DNA of 64,000 bases from Waterburya sp. GTDB lineage: Bacteria; Cyanobacteriota; Cyanobacteriia; Cyanobacteriales; Xenococcaceae. The stretch spans positions 4,480,001 to 4,544,000 of the forward strand of contig CBDCJV010000002.1 of assembly GCA_965217895.1 (NCBI GenBank), in the 5' to 3' direction. Shown here in pieces: positions 39,813 to 50,445 of the stretch. The position numbers were made by a program, and so were the translations under genes. Within the stretch, counting starts at the first letter, position 1, and every line of letters starts with the position of its first letter. Below the pieces are notes generated by a model. That model was not told where the DNA came from and ran no database searches. It saw only the letters and a list, made by a program, of their open reading frames with translations.

Positions 39813-39828
39813 ATAAACAATCTCGAAC

Positions 39829-40236
39829 CTAATATTCGCTCGGTAGCATCAGCACGTTTTGGGTAAAATAGAGAGATATTTTAGGCAAGGAAAAATCGGT
39901 TAGTTTTATCTCTTGAGTGACTGCTACATTTCCAGAATCCCGTTCGCAAATCAATACAGCAGAGTTATCCTGATTAACTTTCAGCTTCCAAAATTGGATA
40001 TCTTGTAGCATGGGGTCTTTCTGAATATTGGGGTCGAATTGCCAGGAAACAATTGCATCAATGAGCCAATAAGCTTTTCCCTGTTCGGCAACATATTGAA
40101 CTCCATCCGTGTATAGAAGTCCCGTTAAATGTTTGTAATATCGTGTCGTGCCAGTGAATTGAGTTAGGTCAGATTTATTTAGAGTCATAATTATTTGTGG
40201 CTGAAGCCTTTTAGGATCAATTTCAGTTCCAGCCAC
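39829..40236 (-). CDS. DUF6876-like plasmid/phage protein (likely start ATG 40188)
   Basis: LTQFTGTTRYY...YTDGVQYVAE...AYWLIDAI...LMLPSEY. Confidence 0.75.
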   Translation of the reverse strand: MAGTEIDPKRLQPQIIMTLNKSDLTQFTGTTRYYKHLTGLLYTDGVQYVAEQGKAYWLIDAIVSWQFDPNIQKDPMLQDIQFWKLKVNQDNSAVLICERDSGNVAVTQEIKLTDFSLPKISLYFTQNVLMLPSEY

Positions 40237-40249
40237 AGGACTTAATTAT

Positions 40250-40684
40250 TTATTTGTTTCTCTGTCTTCGTTCGTGGACAGCGATAATACATTTTAGGGT
40301 TTCGCAATCAAACAAATGTAATGCTCTATTCAAATCTCGCCATTTGTCCCACTTTTCCAGGCAGTAATAATCGTTTTCTATCCGCTCCTCAGTCCAATCA
40401 TCTTTCTGGAGAATTTGTTGACAGAACTCGTAGAAATCTAGATTCCAATAAAGGTAGGTTACTGCCACTTGTAAAGTGCCAAAGTCGATACTTTTTTTAG
40501 ATTCAGATTCTAGGTTAGCTTTATCAAGTTCGCCATTGACTATTCTAGTTTTGGTATTGTGCCAACCCGTAAGATAATAGTGGTCATCAGAGTTTGGTGT
40601 TTCTAGAGTCAGCGCATCATTTTCACCTTCAATGCGGGCAAACAAAGCATCTTCATCTCGGCTGTTGAGTTGTGAGTAGTTCAT
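40250..40684 (-). CDS. Hypothetical protein
   Basis: 144-aa ORF in a co-oriented cluster. Confidence 0.7.
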   Translation of the reverse strand: MNYSQLNSRDEDALFARIEGENDALTLETPNSDDHYYLTGWHNTKTRIVNGELDKANLESESKKSIDFGTLQVAVTYLYWNLDFYEFCQQILQKDDWTEERIENDYYCLEKWDKWRDLNRALHLFDCETLKCIIAVHERRQRNK

Positions 40685-40749
40685 ATTTAATTAATTAATT
40701 TCACCCAAACCTCAACACGAGACTATTGTTTCTTTTGCTTTTTGTTTTT

Positions 40750-41283
40750 CTACTTAATTCTGATTACCAAACTAATTTCAGTGTCTCCCCAATCAGCCCA
40801 AGGAAATTCATCTTTGCTAGTCTTCAAAGCTTGTTTTAGATCGTTTAGCTTGGCTTCTACTTTGACTCGCTGATATTCTTCTGGCAATTCCTCTGGTGTT
40901 ACTTTGAGAACTACTGGCTGTCTGGTTTGCTGATAAATAGTTGAATAATTCCCCTTAACTTTGCTAATTCCCCTTTCCTGCATCGCCATTAGAATGTATT
41001 GCTTTAACTTAATAGCCGAGTTAAGTTTGCTGGCGTATCTGACTTTTAAATCATCAATCATCGATTTAATTGCCTCGGCTTCCTTCTCCAGGCATTTAGC
41101 AGCATAGGCAGCAGACTCTAGCTTTGCTTTCCAGTCCTCCTCTTGACCTAACCATTGCTGAAAAAGCTCTTGAGAACGTTCGTCTTTTTCGGCTTCAGTT
41201 AATTCTTCGCTGTTGGCAATTTCGGCGATCGCTTCTTCTAAATCAATGAGGTCTTGAGTTTTGTTCCAAAGATTATTGTTCAT
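40750..41283 (-). CDS. Siphovirus Gp157-family protein
   Basis: Coiled coil, KLKQYILMAM...LPEEYQRVKVEAKLNDLKQALK...LVIRIK. Confidence 0.8.
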   Translation of the reverse strand: MNNNLWNKTQDLIDLEEAIAEIANSEELTEAEKDERSQELFQQWLGQEEDWKAKLESAAYAAKCLEKEAEAIKSMIDDLKVRYASKLNSAIKLKQYILMAMQERGISKVKGNYSTIYQQTRQPVVLKVTPEELPEEYQRVKVEAKLNDLKQALKTSKDEFPWADWGDTEISLVIRIK

Positions 41284-41378
41284 GATTTGTGTTTTCTTTG
41301 TTATGTTGATTTCATTTGCCCCGAAGGACTCATTATTTTTAAATTTATTTTGGTATTGTTGTATTAACGAGATTTACG

Positions 41379-41759
41379 ATGGTTATGAATTATTTAGAAC
41401 AGCAGATACGCGATCGTTTAATTAAAAGTTGTAGCGAGGTCAAAGCAGGTTTACTCAAGCTATGTCAAATCCAGATGGTTGTAGTAGAAGGCAAATCGGC
41501 ATTACTGATTCATTTTCCTAACGCCTGGACGGAAGAGCAGTTAGATGGATTTCTGATGTTGGGTGATTTGGGACGATTGCTTAATGATTTAGGTATAGAG
41601 CAATTGGTTCTGAACAACGGTGAAGGGTCGGCAACATACCATCAATGGAACGAAACTTACTTCGATTTCAATGGTTATTTCATCGATGGGGATTTGACTA
41701 AGCTTGAAATCGTTAATATTCCCACAATCGAGGAATTGGAAAATATGACGGGTAACTAA
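41379..41759 (+). CDS. Hypothetical protein
   Basis: 126-aa ORF in opposite orientation within the cluster. Confidence 0.65.
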   Translation: MVMNYLEQQIRDRLIKSCSEVKAGLLKLCQIQMVVVEGKSALLIHFPNAWTEEQLDGFLMLGDLGRLLNDLGIEQLVLNNGEGSATYHQWNETYFDFNGYFIDGDLTKLEIVNIPTIEELENMTGN

Positions 41760-41788
41760 TAATTAATCACCCGTCAAACATTATCTGC

Positions 41789-42331
41789 TTAAAAATCAAC
41801 TTCGACTTCTTCATAAACTGGTTTGGCGGTTGGGAGTTCTGGGAGTTCTACCTGTCGCTCGTTCATCCTTGCAGCATAAACTTGGTGTTGAGCATCAAAT
41901 AACTTCAACTCTTCGATCCGCCCTTGCTGACCTTCATTCCAGTCAAATTCAACGGCGTAATAAGTCCCCAATTCAGAAGACCGCTTATTCATCTTCGCTG
42001 TCACAATTCCTGCACCAATAGCAATCCCCTTAATTCCTAAGTCAAGAAGAAGATTTAGGAAGTTATCAAGAGATTCGGTTTTAAGTAAAATATGACCAAC
42101 AATATTGTCTGGGTCTACAAAAATTATCTCCAACCAGCTTTGATAAGGATAGTTAAATAGTTGCTCTTCAAAGGTACGAAAACTGAGAATTTCTAAGTTT
42201 AGTTTGTTACCAATCATCTTTGACTCGCCAATCTTGAACACGCCAGCTTTACAATCAGCGCGATACTGACGGGGACGACCTGTAATATAAACAATTCCGT
42301 CCATTTTTAAGGGTTCAAAAGCATTAACCAC
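41789..42331 (-). CDS. Hypothetical protein, possibly ssDNA-binding (beta-rich core, acidic tail ending in F)
   Basis: PRQYRADCKAGVF...YYAVEFDW; C-terminus YEEVEVDF. Confidence 0.65.
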   Translation of the reverse strand: MVNAFEPLKMDGIVYITGRPRQYRADCKAGVFKIGESKMIGNKLNLEILSFRTFEEQLFNYPYQSWLEIIFVDPDNIVGHILLKTESLDNFLNLLLDLGIKGIAIGAGIVTAKMNKRSSELGTYYAVEFDWNEGQQGRIEELKLFDAQHQVYAARMNERQVELPELPTAKPVYEEVEVDF

Positions 42332-42428
42332 GATCTATTATTCTCCAAATTAATTTTACAATTGCCGAAGGTTTTTTAAGTGTCAGATTTTATTTTTTTG
42401 TTTCTCTAACACTTTTATTTAATTCAAC

Positions 42429-42869
42429 TTACGCGGTTATTAATTCTTTGGATTTATCAATATATTCCCTCAAAGAAGAACATTTGAAATAATTTAAAAC
42501 CGAATAACAATGTTTGCAGCAAGCTTTACCTAAATGCTTCTTTTGATTAGCCCAATCATTGCAGTCACAAATTAATTCTTGCGAATGAGCCGAAACTTGA
42601 TACCACGTATTTTTACCAGGATTTTGAACGGTAAATAATTCTTGGTTGTAGAAGTGAGGTGTAGTTTTTAATCCAATACTTCTAGCTTTGCGCCAATCAA
42701 CAAAATGTTGTCTAAAATTCTTTTTAGAAATAAACTTATTTTTTTGATATCGAACCTTAACTAAGATAATTTTATCCCAGATTTCTATGTTTTCAATTAG
42801 GATATAATCGAGGTTTAATATTCTAGCAGCAGCAGCTTTGGAATAGATTAAGTTCTGAGCAGTAATCAT
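42429..42869 (-). CDS. SWIM zinc-finger protein
   Basis: CDCNDW...CCKHCYSV. Confidence 0.8.
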   Translation of the reverse strand: MITAQNLIYSKAAAARILNLDYILIENIEIWDKIILVKVRYQKNKFISKKNFRQHFVDWRKARSIGLKTTPHFYNQELFTVQNPGKNTWYQVSAHSQELICDCNDWANQKKHLGKACCKHCYSVLNYFKCSSLREYIDKSKELITA

Positions 42870-43061
42870 TGTTGTTTTCCTTCATTAATTTCACCGCTAC
42901 CGAAGGACTTTTATTATTTTTGTTTTATTTATTTACTATTATTAATTGATTAGTTTTAAAGGTTTAACTTAACTACTTTGCATCTTAAATATTAGGGTGT
43001 GTGGTGGGTTGGGAGTGAGGAGTGGTAGGGCTTGCCACTGCCCGACGAATGACTAATTTTA

Positions 43062-43107
43062 AAATAAAGATAAGCTCAGGGCGTGAGTCCTGAGCTTATC
43101 TTTATTT
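43062..43107. terminator. Perfect 19-bp inverted repeat hairpin
   Basis: AAATAAAGATAAGCTCAGG-N8-CCTGAGCTTATCTTTATTT directly after the stop of 43106-43486. Confidence 0.7.
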
Positions 43108-43486
43108 ATCTATTAAACCTTTTAGCACTACGCTCTTGATTTTCTTTAAGCAAATACTCTAAAGTTATCTTAGAGTCGATTCGCTGTTGTCCATATTCAA
43201 CCATTTCTTCAACAGTCGCTTTAATCATAGCTGCGTCAAATTCGGCGGTGAATTCCTCCCACGCTTCGGAGAAAAGCTGTTTGATTATATCTTCGGGAAT
43301 ATCGCCTCGCTCGACCGTACCTGACGCGATTGCATCTGTTAAAATGTGCTTTCTAACTTTATCCCAAACTAAACGACGCAAGGTGTAAAACACTGCCTGC
43401 CATTTACGAAAAGCAGCCTTTTTTTCTTGTTCTTTGAGTGTTGGAACTTGGAACTTAGAAGATAAAGCGTTGTGATCGATTGTCAT
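43106..43486 (-). CDS. Hypothetical protein
   Basis: 126-aa ORF with GAGG RBS. Confidence 0.7.
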   Translation of the reverse strand: MTIDHNALSSKFQVPTLKEQEKKAAFRKWQAVFYTLRRLVWDKVRKHILTDAIASGTVERGDIPEDIIKQLFSEAWEEFTAEFDAAMIKATVEEMVEYGQQRIDSKITLEYLLKENQERSAKRFNR

Positions 43487-43509
43487 GATTTTCCTCGTCT
43501 TGTTTTATA

Positions 43510-44660
43510 GAACCTATTTGGGATCTATCTAACCAGCAGCTAATCTTTTGAGCATCAGTCTGACAAAACAAAGGTTAATCTTGGTGGTGGCATTCTCAAG
43601 AGTTCTTTCAAAATTCTTGACTAAACTTTTGCACCTTTGCATCCAGGAATTGGTTCTTTCTATAACCCACCTAGCTTTAACTGGTACAAATCCTGTTTTT
43701 CCTTCCTTTTTCTTTTGTGCTTTCGACGGTTTGGGCGAGAGCAAAAATTTGCTCTTGGTCATGATCTGAGGCTAAATTTTGGTCAACTCCTGGATTAATT
43801 TTTCTGGGTGGTATCCATTGTCAAGTAGAATGGTTATCCTAGGAATGTTGACAGGCTTCGATTTGAAGTAATCAATGTTATCTGACAACATTTCAATTAA
43901 ACCCAGATCATCTGACACTGAAGCTTTGGTGCAGTGAGTCAAGAAAGGAAAACCCCAAGTATCTACCGCTAAATGCCTCTTAATTCCGTTCGTAGATTTG
44001 TAAAAACAAAACCCCTTAGACTCTACACTGGCGTTACAAGTATTTTTTACCAACTCCTTCGGAGTTAAGTAGCAGCCGCGTGGAGTTCGCGCAGATAACA
44101 GATAGCAATTAAGTAACTCCGAAGTTGGTCTAAAGCGCAGAGCCTGAAAGGCTCAGATCGTCGTTGAAGACGACTGGCAACGCTTGCGCGTTGCGCTCTT
44201 TAAAGACGAAAAAAAATAAAACACATTTCTTTGTTTCAATCCTCTTGTTTTAACGAGAGGTAAAATTGCTACTTGCTACTTGCTACTTGCTACTTGTGAA
44301 CGCTTGTGAATCGATTATGATTAAGGTTGTCCATTTGGTTTTTTTTTATTTGTTGACGGACTTGACCATGTAATACATCCCTGATATCTTCGATTACTCC
44401 TTGTCCTCGCCACTGTTTGTAATGCCAAAATACTGTTGAGTAAGGTGGTAAATCTTTCGGTAAATCACACCAGTTACAGCCGTTCTTGAGTTGATACAAA
44501 ACCCCATCCAAGATTTCTCTTTTGCTCCATGTTGGAGGCTTGGTTCTTTTCTTCTTAGGCAATAGGGGTTCAACAATTTCCCCCTCTTTATCGGTCAAAC
44601 TGCTTGAATAAGGCATTTTGACCTGATTATACCTCTTTTACCAAGATCCCAAATGGCTTC
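43510..44660 (-). mobile_element. IS5-family element with fragmented transposase and a ~250-nt internal insert
   Basis: IRs GAACCTATTTGGGATCT/AGATCCCAAATGGCTTC flanked by TA; MPYSSSLTD...WCDLPKDLPP; GIKRHLAVD; RWVIERTNSW. Confidence 0.92.
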
Positions 44661-44705
44661 TATAAATTCATCTGGTTTTTATTTGAAATGACTATACAAC
44701 CACTT

Positions 44706-44748
44706 TGTATGTTTTTATACAGTATTAACTCAAGTTAATGTATACGGT
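44706..44748 (+). promoter_or_regulatory. NtcA-activated promoter: TGTA-N8-TACA, 22-nt spacer, TAN3T
   Basis: GTATGTTTTTATAC at 44707-44720 and TACGGT at 44743-44748, upstream of amino-acid transport genes. Confidence 0.75.
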
Positions 44749-44793
44749 ATACAAGTAATTCAAGCAAACAAAAGTTATATCTTTTGGCATAAA

Positions 44794-45468
44794 ATGAACT
44801 ACGCATTTGATTTTTCCGTAATCTGGGAAAATATCGATGTCTTATTGGCTGGAGCTTGGCTGACTATAAAGATCTCGTTTCTGGCGATCGCCTTTGGCTT
44901 AGTTATTGGAATTTTGGGTTCACTATGTCGGACTTCTGACAATAAAATTCTTAATGCGATCGCTTTGGCTTATGTAGAAGTGATTCGCAACACGCCCTAT
45001 TTAATTCAGCTATTTTTTATCTTTTTTGGGTTGCCCAATCTAGGCATTAAGCTATCGGCAGAACAAGCAGCAATTCTGTCTTTAGCGGTTAATTTTGGCG
45101 CGTACTCTACAGAAATCGTGCGGGCTGGAGTCGAAAGTATCCCGAAAGGACAATGGGAAGCGGGGATGGCGATTGGCTTTAAGAAACTGGCGATATTTCG
45201 CTACATCATTATTCCGCCAGCTTTAGCCAATATCTATCGAGCTTTAATCGGTCAAGTTATTCTGGCTGTACTGTTTACTAGCGTCGTCTCACAAATTGCA
45301 GCCGAAGACTTAACTTATGCAGGAGATTATTTAAACTCTCGTACTTTTCGTAGCTTTGAGATTTATTTTACTCTCGCCCTGCTTTATTTAGCAATTGTTT
45401 GGCTAATAAAAGGGATGGCATTTCTAATTGAAAATCAGGCATTTAAATTTGCTAAATACAGACGTTAA
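44794..45468 (+). CDS. Polar amino acid ABC transporter permease
   Basis: YVEVIRNTP..QL; EIVRAGVESIPKGQWEAG. Confidence 0.93.
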   Translation: MNYAFDFSVIWENIDVLLAGAWLTIKISFLAIAFGLVIGILGSLCRTSDNKILNAIALAYVEVIRNTPYLIQLFFIFFGLPNLGIKLSAEQAAILSLAVNFGAYSTEIVRAGVESIPKGQWEAGMAIGFKKLAIFRYIIIPPALANIYRALIGQVILAVLFTSVVSQIAAEDLTYAGDYLNSRTFRSFEIYFTLALLYLAIVWLIKGMAFLIENQAFKFAKYRR

Positions 45469-45473
45469 TTGCT

Positions 45474-46127
45474 ATGGACGGATTTACACTTTCTCGTATC
45501 TTTATTAACTTGGTCATCGCTACTAAGTGGACGTTAATTCTCAGTGCGATCGCCTTTATTGGGGGTGGTATTGTTGGTTTTATAGTTATGCTGATGCGGA
45601 TTTCTGCTAGTAAATGGCTAAGAGGTATTAGCTTTATCTACGTTGAGTTTTTCCAGGGAACACCCTTGCTGCTACAGCTATTTTTGGCATTCTTTGGTCT
45701 TTCGGTAGTGTTTGGCATAAACTTATCTCCCTTAGCAGCAGCTAGTTTGGCTTTGACAGGATTTACTAGTGCCTTTTTAGCTGATATTTGGCGCGGTTCG
45801 ATTGAATCTTTACCTCAAGGACAGTGGGAAGCGGGTTCGGCAATTGGCTTTGGCTATGTAAAACAAATGCAGCTAATTATCTTACCCCAAGCAGTAAGAA
45901 GTGCGATCGCACCTACTGTTGGCTTTTTAGTGCAGGTAATTAAAGGGACTTCTCTAGCTTCAATTATTGGCTTTACCGAACTATCGAGGGCAGCAGCTTT
46001 GATTAATAACGTAACTTTGCAATCACTTTTGATTTTTGGTTTGGCAGGTTTGATTTATTTTATAGTCTGCTATCCCCTATCCATCTGGAGTCAGCATTTA
46101 GAAAAGAAATTATCTTATGACGCTTAA
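45474..46127 (+). CDS. Polar amino acid ABC transporter permease
   Basis: FQGTPLLLQLF; GQWEAG. Confidence 0.93.
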   Translation: MDGFTLSRIFINLVIATKWTLILSAIAFIGGGIVGFIVMLMRISASKWLRGISFIYVEFFQGTPLLLQLFLAFFGLSVVFGINLSPLAAASLALTGFTSAFLADIWRGSIESLPQGQWEAGSAIGFGYVKQMQLIILPQAVRSAIAPTVGFLVQVIKGTSLASIIGFTELSRAAALINNVTLQSLLIFGLAGLIYFIVCYPLSIWSQHLEKKLSYDA

Positions 46128-46142
46128 GGAAGAGCGATCTCT

Positions 46143-47045
46143 ATGACCTTAGATTTTCTCAAAGCATTGTTTCCCACCAGCTTTAAAAGAGCCTTGGCAT
46201 TATTCTTTGCCAGTTTTTTCCTAACGGTAAGTATTGCTTCCTGTTCGGGAGAAGATTCAGATTCAGTTAAATCCCAAGCAAATGTTTCAAGCGAAGATGT
46301 TGCCCAGATATCGACAGGAAAGACTTTAGAAGAGATCCAAAAGTCGGGAGAAATCAATATTGCCGTACCTGCTGACTTTCCTCCCTTTGGGGCGGTAGGA
46401 GTCAATATGCAGCCTCAGGGATATGATATCGACGTAGCTAATCAAATTGCTAAAGGATTGGGGGTAAAAGCAGAACTGGTCACGGTAGTTGGAAATTACC
46501 GCATTCCTTTTTTACAAACAGATCGGGTCGATCTAGTAGTTTCTAGCTTGGGCAAAAACGAAGAAAGAGCAGCAATTATTGACTTTTCCCAACCCTATGC
46601 ACCTTTTTTCTCTGGGGTTTATGGCAGACCTAATATTGAAATTAGTTCTCTTGACGATCTTAAAGGGCAGACTATAGGTGTGGCGCAAGGTTCTTTAGAA
46701 GACCTGGAAATCTCCAAGCTGCCTCCAGGTAAGGTAGATATTAAACGCTATGCCAACAATAGCTTGACGGCTTCGGCATTAGTATCGGGACAGGTAGATT
46801 TGATTGCCACAGCAAATGCAGTAGCAGCCAAATTAATTCAAGACAATCCCGACCAAAAAATTGAGAATAAATTTATCCTCAAAAATTCTCCTTGTTATGT
46901 TGGCATTCGGAAAGGGGATACAAAACTCTTACAAAAGGTGAATAATATTATTGCCAGTCTCAAACAATCTGGAAAATTAAATCAATTGTCTATGGAGTGG
47001 TTTGGTGAACCTCTACCCAAAGATTTTGCTACTGCTACTAGTTAG
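46143..47045 (+). CDS. Amino acid ABC transporter substrate-binding lipoprotein (family 3)
   Basis: Lipobox IASC; DFPPFG, GYDIDVA, IDFSQPY. Confidence 0.93.
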   Translation: MTLDFLKALFPTSFKRALALFFASFFLTVSIASCSGEDSDSVKSQANVSSEDVAQISTGKTLEEIQKSGEINIAVPADFPPFGAVGVNMQPQGYDIDVANQIAKGLGVKAELVTVVGNYRIPFLQTDRVDLVVSSLGKNEERAAIIDFSQPYAPFFSGVYGRPNIEISSLDDLKGQTIGVAQGSLEDLEISKLPPGKVDIKRYANNSLTASALVSGQVDLIATANAVAAKLIQDNPDQKIENKFILKNSPCYVGIRKGDTKLLQKVNNIIASLKQSGKLNQLSMEWFGEPLPKDFATATS

Positions 47046-47255
47046 CAAAATATAAGTAGACAAAAATTATAGTAAGTTTTTTGTGGAGCAATTATTAAGT
47101 CTAAATCAGTTAAGTTTTTTATCTGTGTATAAAGCAAATCAACACAAATAATAAATAATAATTTATATCTATAGTGAATTGCAACAAAAGCTACTGCATA
47201 GTCTGTATTTTACCAAGATAATCAATTCATAAATTATTTAACTAATCAGATAAAA

Positions 47256-48797
47256 ATGACTCAAACACAACAAAAATCATTATTAATACCGATATTGATT
47301 GGAATCATTGTTGGTATCTTAGTTGGTGGATTAATTCCCGCAGTGGGAACTTCTGTTTCTTTTATTGGGGAACTATTTATTAACGCCTTATTAATGTTAG
47401 TAATTCCTTTAGTAATGACCTCAATGATTACTAGTATTACTGGTTTGGGAGATGTTCGTCAATTAAGAGGAATTGGTGGTAAAACACTTTTTTTTTACGC
47501 TCTAACTATGGGATTAGCTGTTTTATTAGGCTTGATCTTAGTTAACATTATGCAACCAGGAATTGCTGATACCGAAGCCAAGCGAATTGCTCTTAGAGGC
47601 GGTCAAGTTTTAGAAAATGTTGACTACAGTATTAGCAAAAACACGATTAATCTTGATGGTGCAACTGTCAGAAAACCATTTGACGATCGCTATATGGCGA
47701 TTCTCAAAGACCAAAAGAATATTCGCGGTACGATCGCTCCTCAAGAGAAATTTCAAAATAATAGTATTACAGTAACGGGTTGGACTAATCCCGCAGGAGA
47801 GGCAGTTACACCAAATTCTACGGGTCAAGGTATACAATTGGATTTGACAGTTGCCGACAAGGTAAAAGGGAAAGAACAAAGCTCGATCGGCGACGTTCTC
47901 AAACAAGTCATTGTTGGTTTATTGCCCCAAAATCTCTTTGGAGCCATGGTGGATAATGATGTATTGCCCTTAATTATTTTCTCTTTATTATTTGGTGGTG
48001 TTTTAACTACTTTGGGGGAAATAGGCGAGGGAGTAATTCGCTTGGTTGAAGGTCTAAACGAAGCCATCATGAGAATTATCGATTTGGTTTTATTAACCGC
48101 CCCTTTCGGCATCGGTGCATTGATTGCAGGACGTTTGGGGGAAGCTGGAGGGTTTACTGGCTTTGTTAGCGAGTTTACCAGTTTGGGTAAATATGCAGCA
48201 ACGGTAATTATCGGTTTGTTAATTCATGGCTTGGTAATTTTACCTTTAATTTTAAAATTCGTCGGCAAACGCAACCCTTTCGTCTTTATCAAAAGGATGT
48301 TACCCGCTTTAACTACGGCTTTTTCCACCGCCTCTAGTTCTGCTACCCTGCCTTTGTCGATGGAGTGCGTCATCGAAAAGAACCATGTTTCTTCTAGAAT
48401 TGCTAATTTTGTCTTGCCTTTAGGGGCGACGATTAACATGGATGGCACGGCTCTTTATGAAGCTGTCGCTGCCGTGTTTATCGCCCAAATTTACGGCATT
48501 CAATTGGGTTTTGGTCAATTAGTGGTTATCTTCCTGACAGCGACTTTAGCAGCTATTGGTGCAGCAGGAATTCCCGAAGCGGGCTTGGTAACTATGGTCA
48601 TCGTGCTACGAGCAGTTGATCTGCCTATTGAAGGTGTTTCTTTGATTTTGGTAATTGACTGGTTTCTCGATCGCTGTCGTACAACCATTAATGTCTGGGG
48701 AGATTGTGTGGTTGCAGGAGTAATTGATCGCCTAGAAAAAGGCAAAGGCACACCAGCAACTGTAGAAGAGCCAGTAGTAATCCCTACTGCTATTTAA
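47256..48797 (+). CDS. Dicarboxylate/amino acid:cation symporter (GltP/DAACS)
   Basis: AFSTASSSATLP, GATINMDGT, DRCRTTINVWGD. Confidence 0.95.
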   Translation: MTQTQQKSLLIPILIGIIVGILVGGLIPAVGTSVSFIGELFINALLMLVIPLVMTSMITSITGLGDVRQLRGIGGKTLFFYALTMGLAVLLGLILVNIMQPGIADTEAKRIALRGGQVLENVDYSISKNTINLDGATVRKPFDDRYMAILKDQKNIRGTIAPQEKFQNNSITVTGWTNPAGEAVTPNSTGQGIQLDLTVADKVKGKEQSSIGDVLKQVIVGLLPQNLFGAMVDNDVLPLIIFSLLFGGVLTTLGEIGEGVIRLVEGLNEAIMRIIDLVLLTAPFGIGALIAGRLGEAGGFTGFVSEFTSLGKYAATVIIGLLIHGLVILPLILKFVGKRNPFVFIKRMLPALTTAFSTASSSATLPLSMECVIEKNHVSSRIANFVLPLGATINMDGTALYEAVAAVFIAQIYGIQLGFGQLVVIFLTATLAAIGAAGIPEAGLVTMVIVLRAVDLPIEGVSLILVIDWFLDRCRTTINVWGDCVVAGVIDRLEKGKGTPATVEEPVVIPTAI

Positions 48798-48847
48798 ATC
48801 TAAGTAGTAGTAGCTTATTCTCGATAAAAACAAGCCAAGAGCTATAA

Positions 48848-49612
48848 ATGATACTAATCGTTATTTTTCTAACAGGAATTATAGCTGGCTTCGTAGATGC
48901 GATCGCTGGTGGTGGTGGCATGATTATGATTCCAGGCTTAATCTTTAGCGGCTTACCCGTAGCAACGGCGATCGCCACTAACAAACTCTGTGGAACTTGT
49001 GGTGTGCTAACTAGTTCTTTTAAATTTGCTCAAGCCAAGCAGGTTGATTGGCAAGCCTGTATTTATATGGGTATTCCAGCGGTTTTTGGTTCTTGGTTTG
49101 GTAGTCTTTCGATTGATTTTTTACCTAAAGCTTGGGCAGAACCAATCGTAATTTTATTGATGGTGGCAATTACTTTATTTGTCGTCTTCAAACCCAACTT
49201 TGGCTTAGAAAAAGCCAATATGGCGATCGCCAAAGCTCATAATTCAATCCAGATTATAAAACTGGCGTTCTTTGGCTTAATTATTGGTTTTCACGATGGT
49301 TTTTTTGGTCCTGGGGCAGGTACTTTTTTGGTATTTGCCTTAGTGTCTATCTGGTCATTAGACTTTCTTCGTGGCACTGGTTCGGCTAAGGTCATCAACC
49401 TATTGACTAATCTTATTGCCCTCATATCTTTCTGGATTTTGGGTGCAATTAGTTTCCCCGAAGGTATTTCTGGCGCGGTTGGAGTGGCTATTGGTGCTTA
49501 TTTTGGCTCGACATTCGCTACCAAAAAAGGAGCTAAGTTTATCAAACCGATTTTTATTACCGTTACCACAGTTTTGGTCGGCAAATTGCTGTGGGAATAT
49601 TTTTATCGTTAA
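48848..49612 (+). CDS. TSUP (TauE/SafE) family transporter
   Basis: [25 protein letters not shown]. Confidence 0.92.
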   Translation: MILIVIFLTGIIAGFVDAIAGGGGMIMIPGLIFSGLPVATAIATNKLCGTCGVLTSSFKFAQAKQVDWQACIYMGIPAVFGSWFGSLSIDFLPKAWAEPIVILLMVAITLFVVFKPNFGLEKANMAIAKAHNSIQIIKLAFFGLIIGFHDGFFGPGAGTFLVFALVSIWSLDFLRGTGSAKVINLLTNLIALISFWILGAISFPEGISGAVGVAIGAYFGSTFATKKGAKFIKPIFITVTTVLVGKLLWEYFYR

Positions 49613-49656
49613 CCAAGATTTCAAAATTAAACTGTTTCAATATCGAAGGAAAAAAA

Positions 49657-50445
49657 ATGACTAACTTTCAACCGCAATCAAACTCATCAAATACAACTAC
49701 CTTAGAAACAAAACCAATTATTGTCGCCCGTGACGTAGAAAAATGGTATGACAATGGTTTTCACGTACTCAAAGGAGTAAGCACAACCATCAATCAAGGT
49801 GAGGTTGTCGTGCTAATGGGCCCCTCTGGTTCAGGTAAATCTACCTTTATTCGCACCTTTAACGGTTTAGAACCCTATCAAAAAGGCAGTATTGCCATTG
49901 ATGGTACGGCGATCGCTCACAATAATAAAGGAATCGAACTATTACGCCGAGAAGTGGGCATGGTATTCCAACAGTTTAATCTGTTTCCTCATTTGACGGT
50001 GCTTAACAACATTACTTTAGGACCAATTCACCTGCGAGGCTTATCTAAACCCCAAGCCAAGGCAAATGCTATGGAACTATTAGAAAAGGTTGGTATTGCC
50101 CATCAAGCCAATAAATATCCAGGTCAACTTTCTGGGGGTCAACAACAAAGAGTTGCGATCGCCCGTGCTTTAGCCATGCAGCCTAAAGTGATGCTGTTTG
50201 ACGAACCTACCAGCGCACTCGATCCAGAAATGGTCAGAGAGGTATTAGATGTAATGCGGAAATTGGCAGAATCGGGAATGACTATGGTTTGCGTCACTCA
50301 TGAGGTCGGCTTTGCCCGCGAAGTAGCCGATCGCATTATCTTTCTAGCAGATGGTACTCTGGTTGCTGACACCACGCCCGATGAATTTTTTAATAATCCA
50401 AAGGAAGAACGTTTACAAAAGTTCCTCTCTCAGATTTTGCATTAG
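49657..50445 (+). CDS. Amino acid ABC transporter ATP-binding protein
   Basis: [28 protein letters not shown] at 49657 after a GAAGGA RBS. Confidence 0.95.
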   Translation: MTNFQPQSNSSNTTTLETKPIIVARDVEKWYDNGFHVLKGVSTTINQGEVVVLMGPSGSGKSTFIRTFNGLEPYQKGSIAIDGTAIAHNNKGIELLRREVGMVFQQFNLFPHLTVLNNITLGPIHLRGLSKPQAKANAMELLEKVGIAHQANKYPGQLSGGQQQRVAIARALAMQPKVMLFDEPTSALDPEMVREVLDVMRKLAESGMTMVCVTHEVGFAREVADRIIFLADGTLVADTTPDEFFNNPKEERLQKFLSQILH

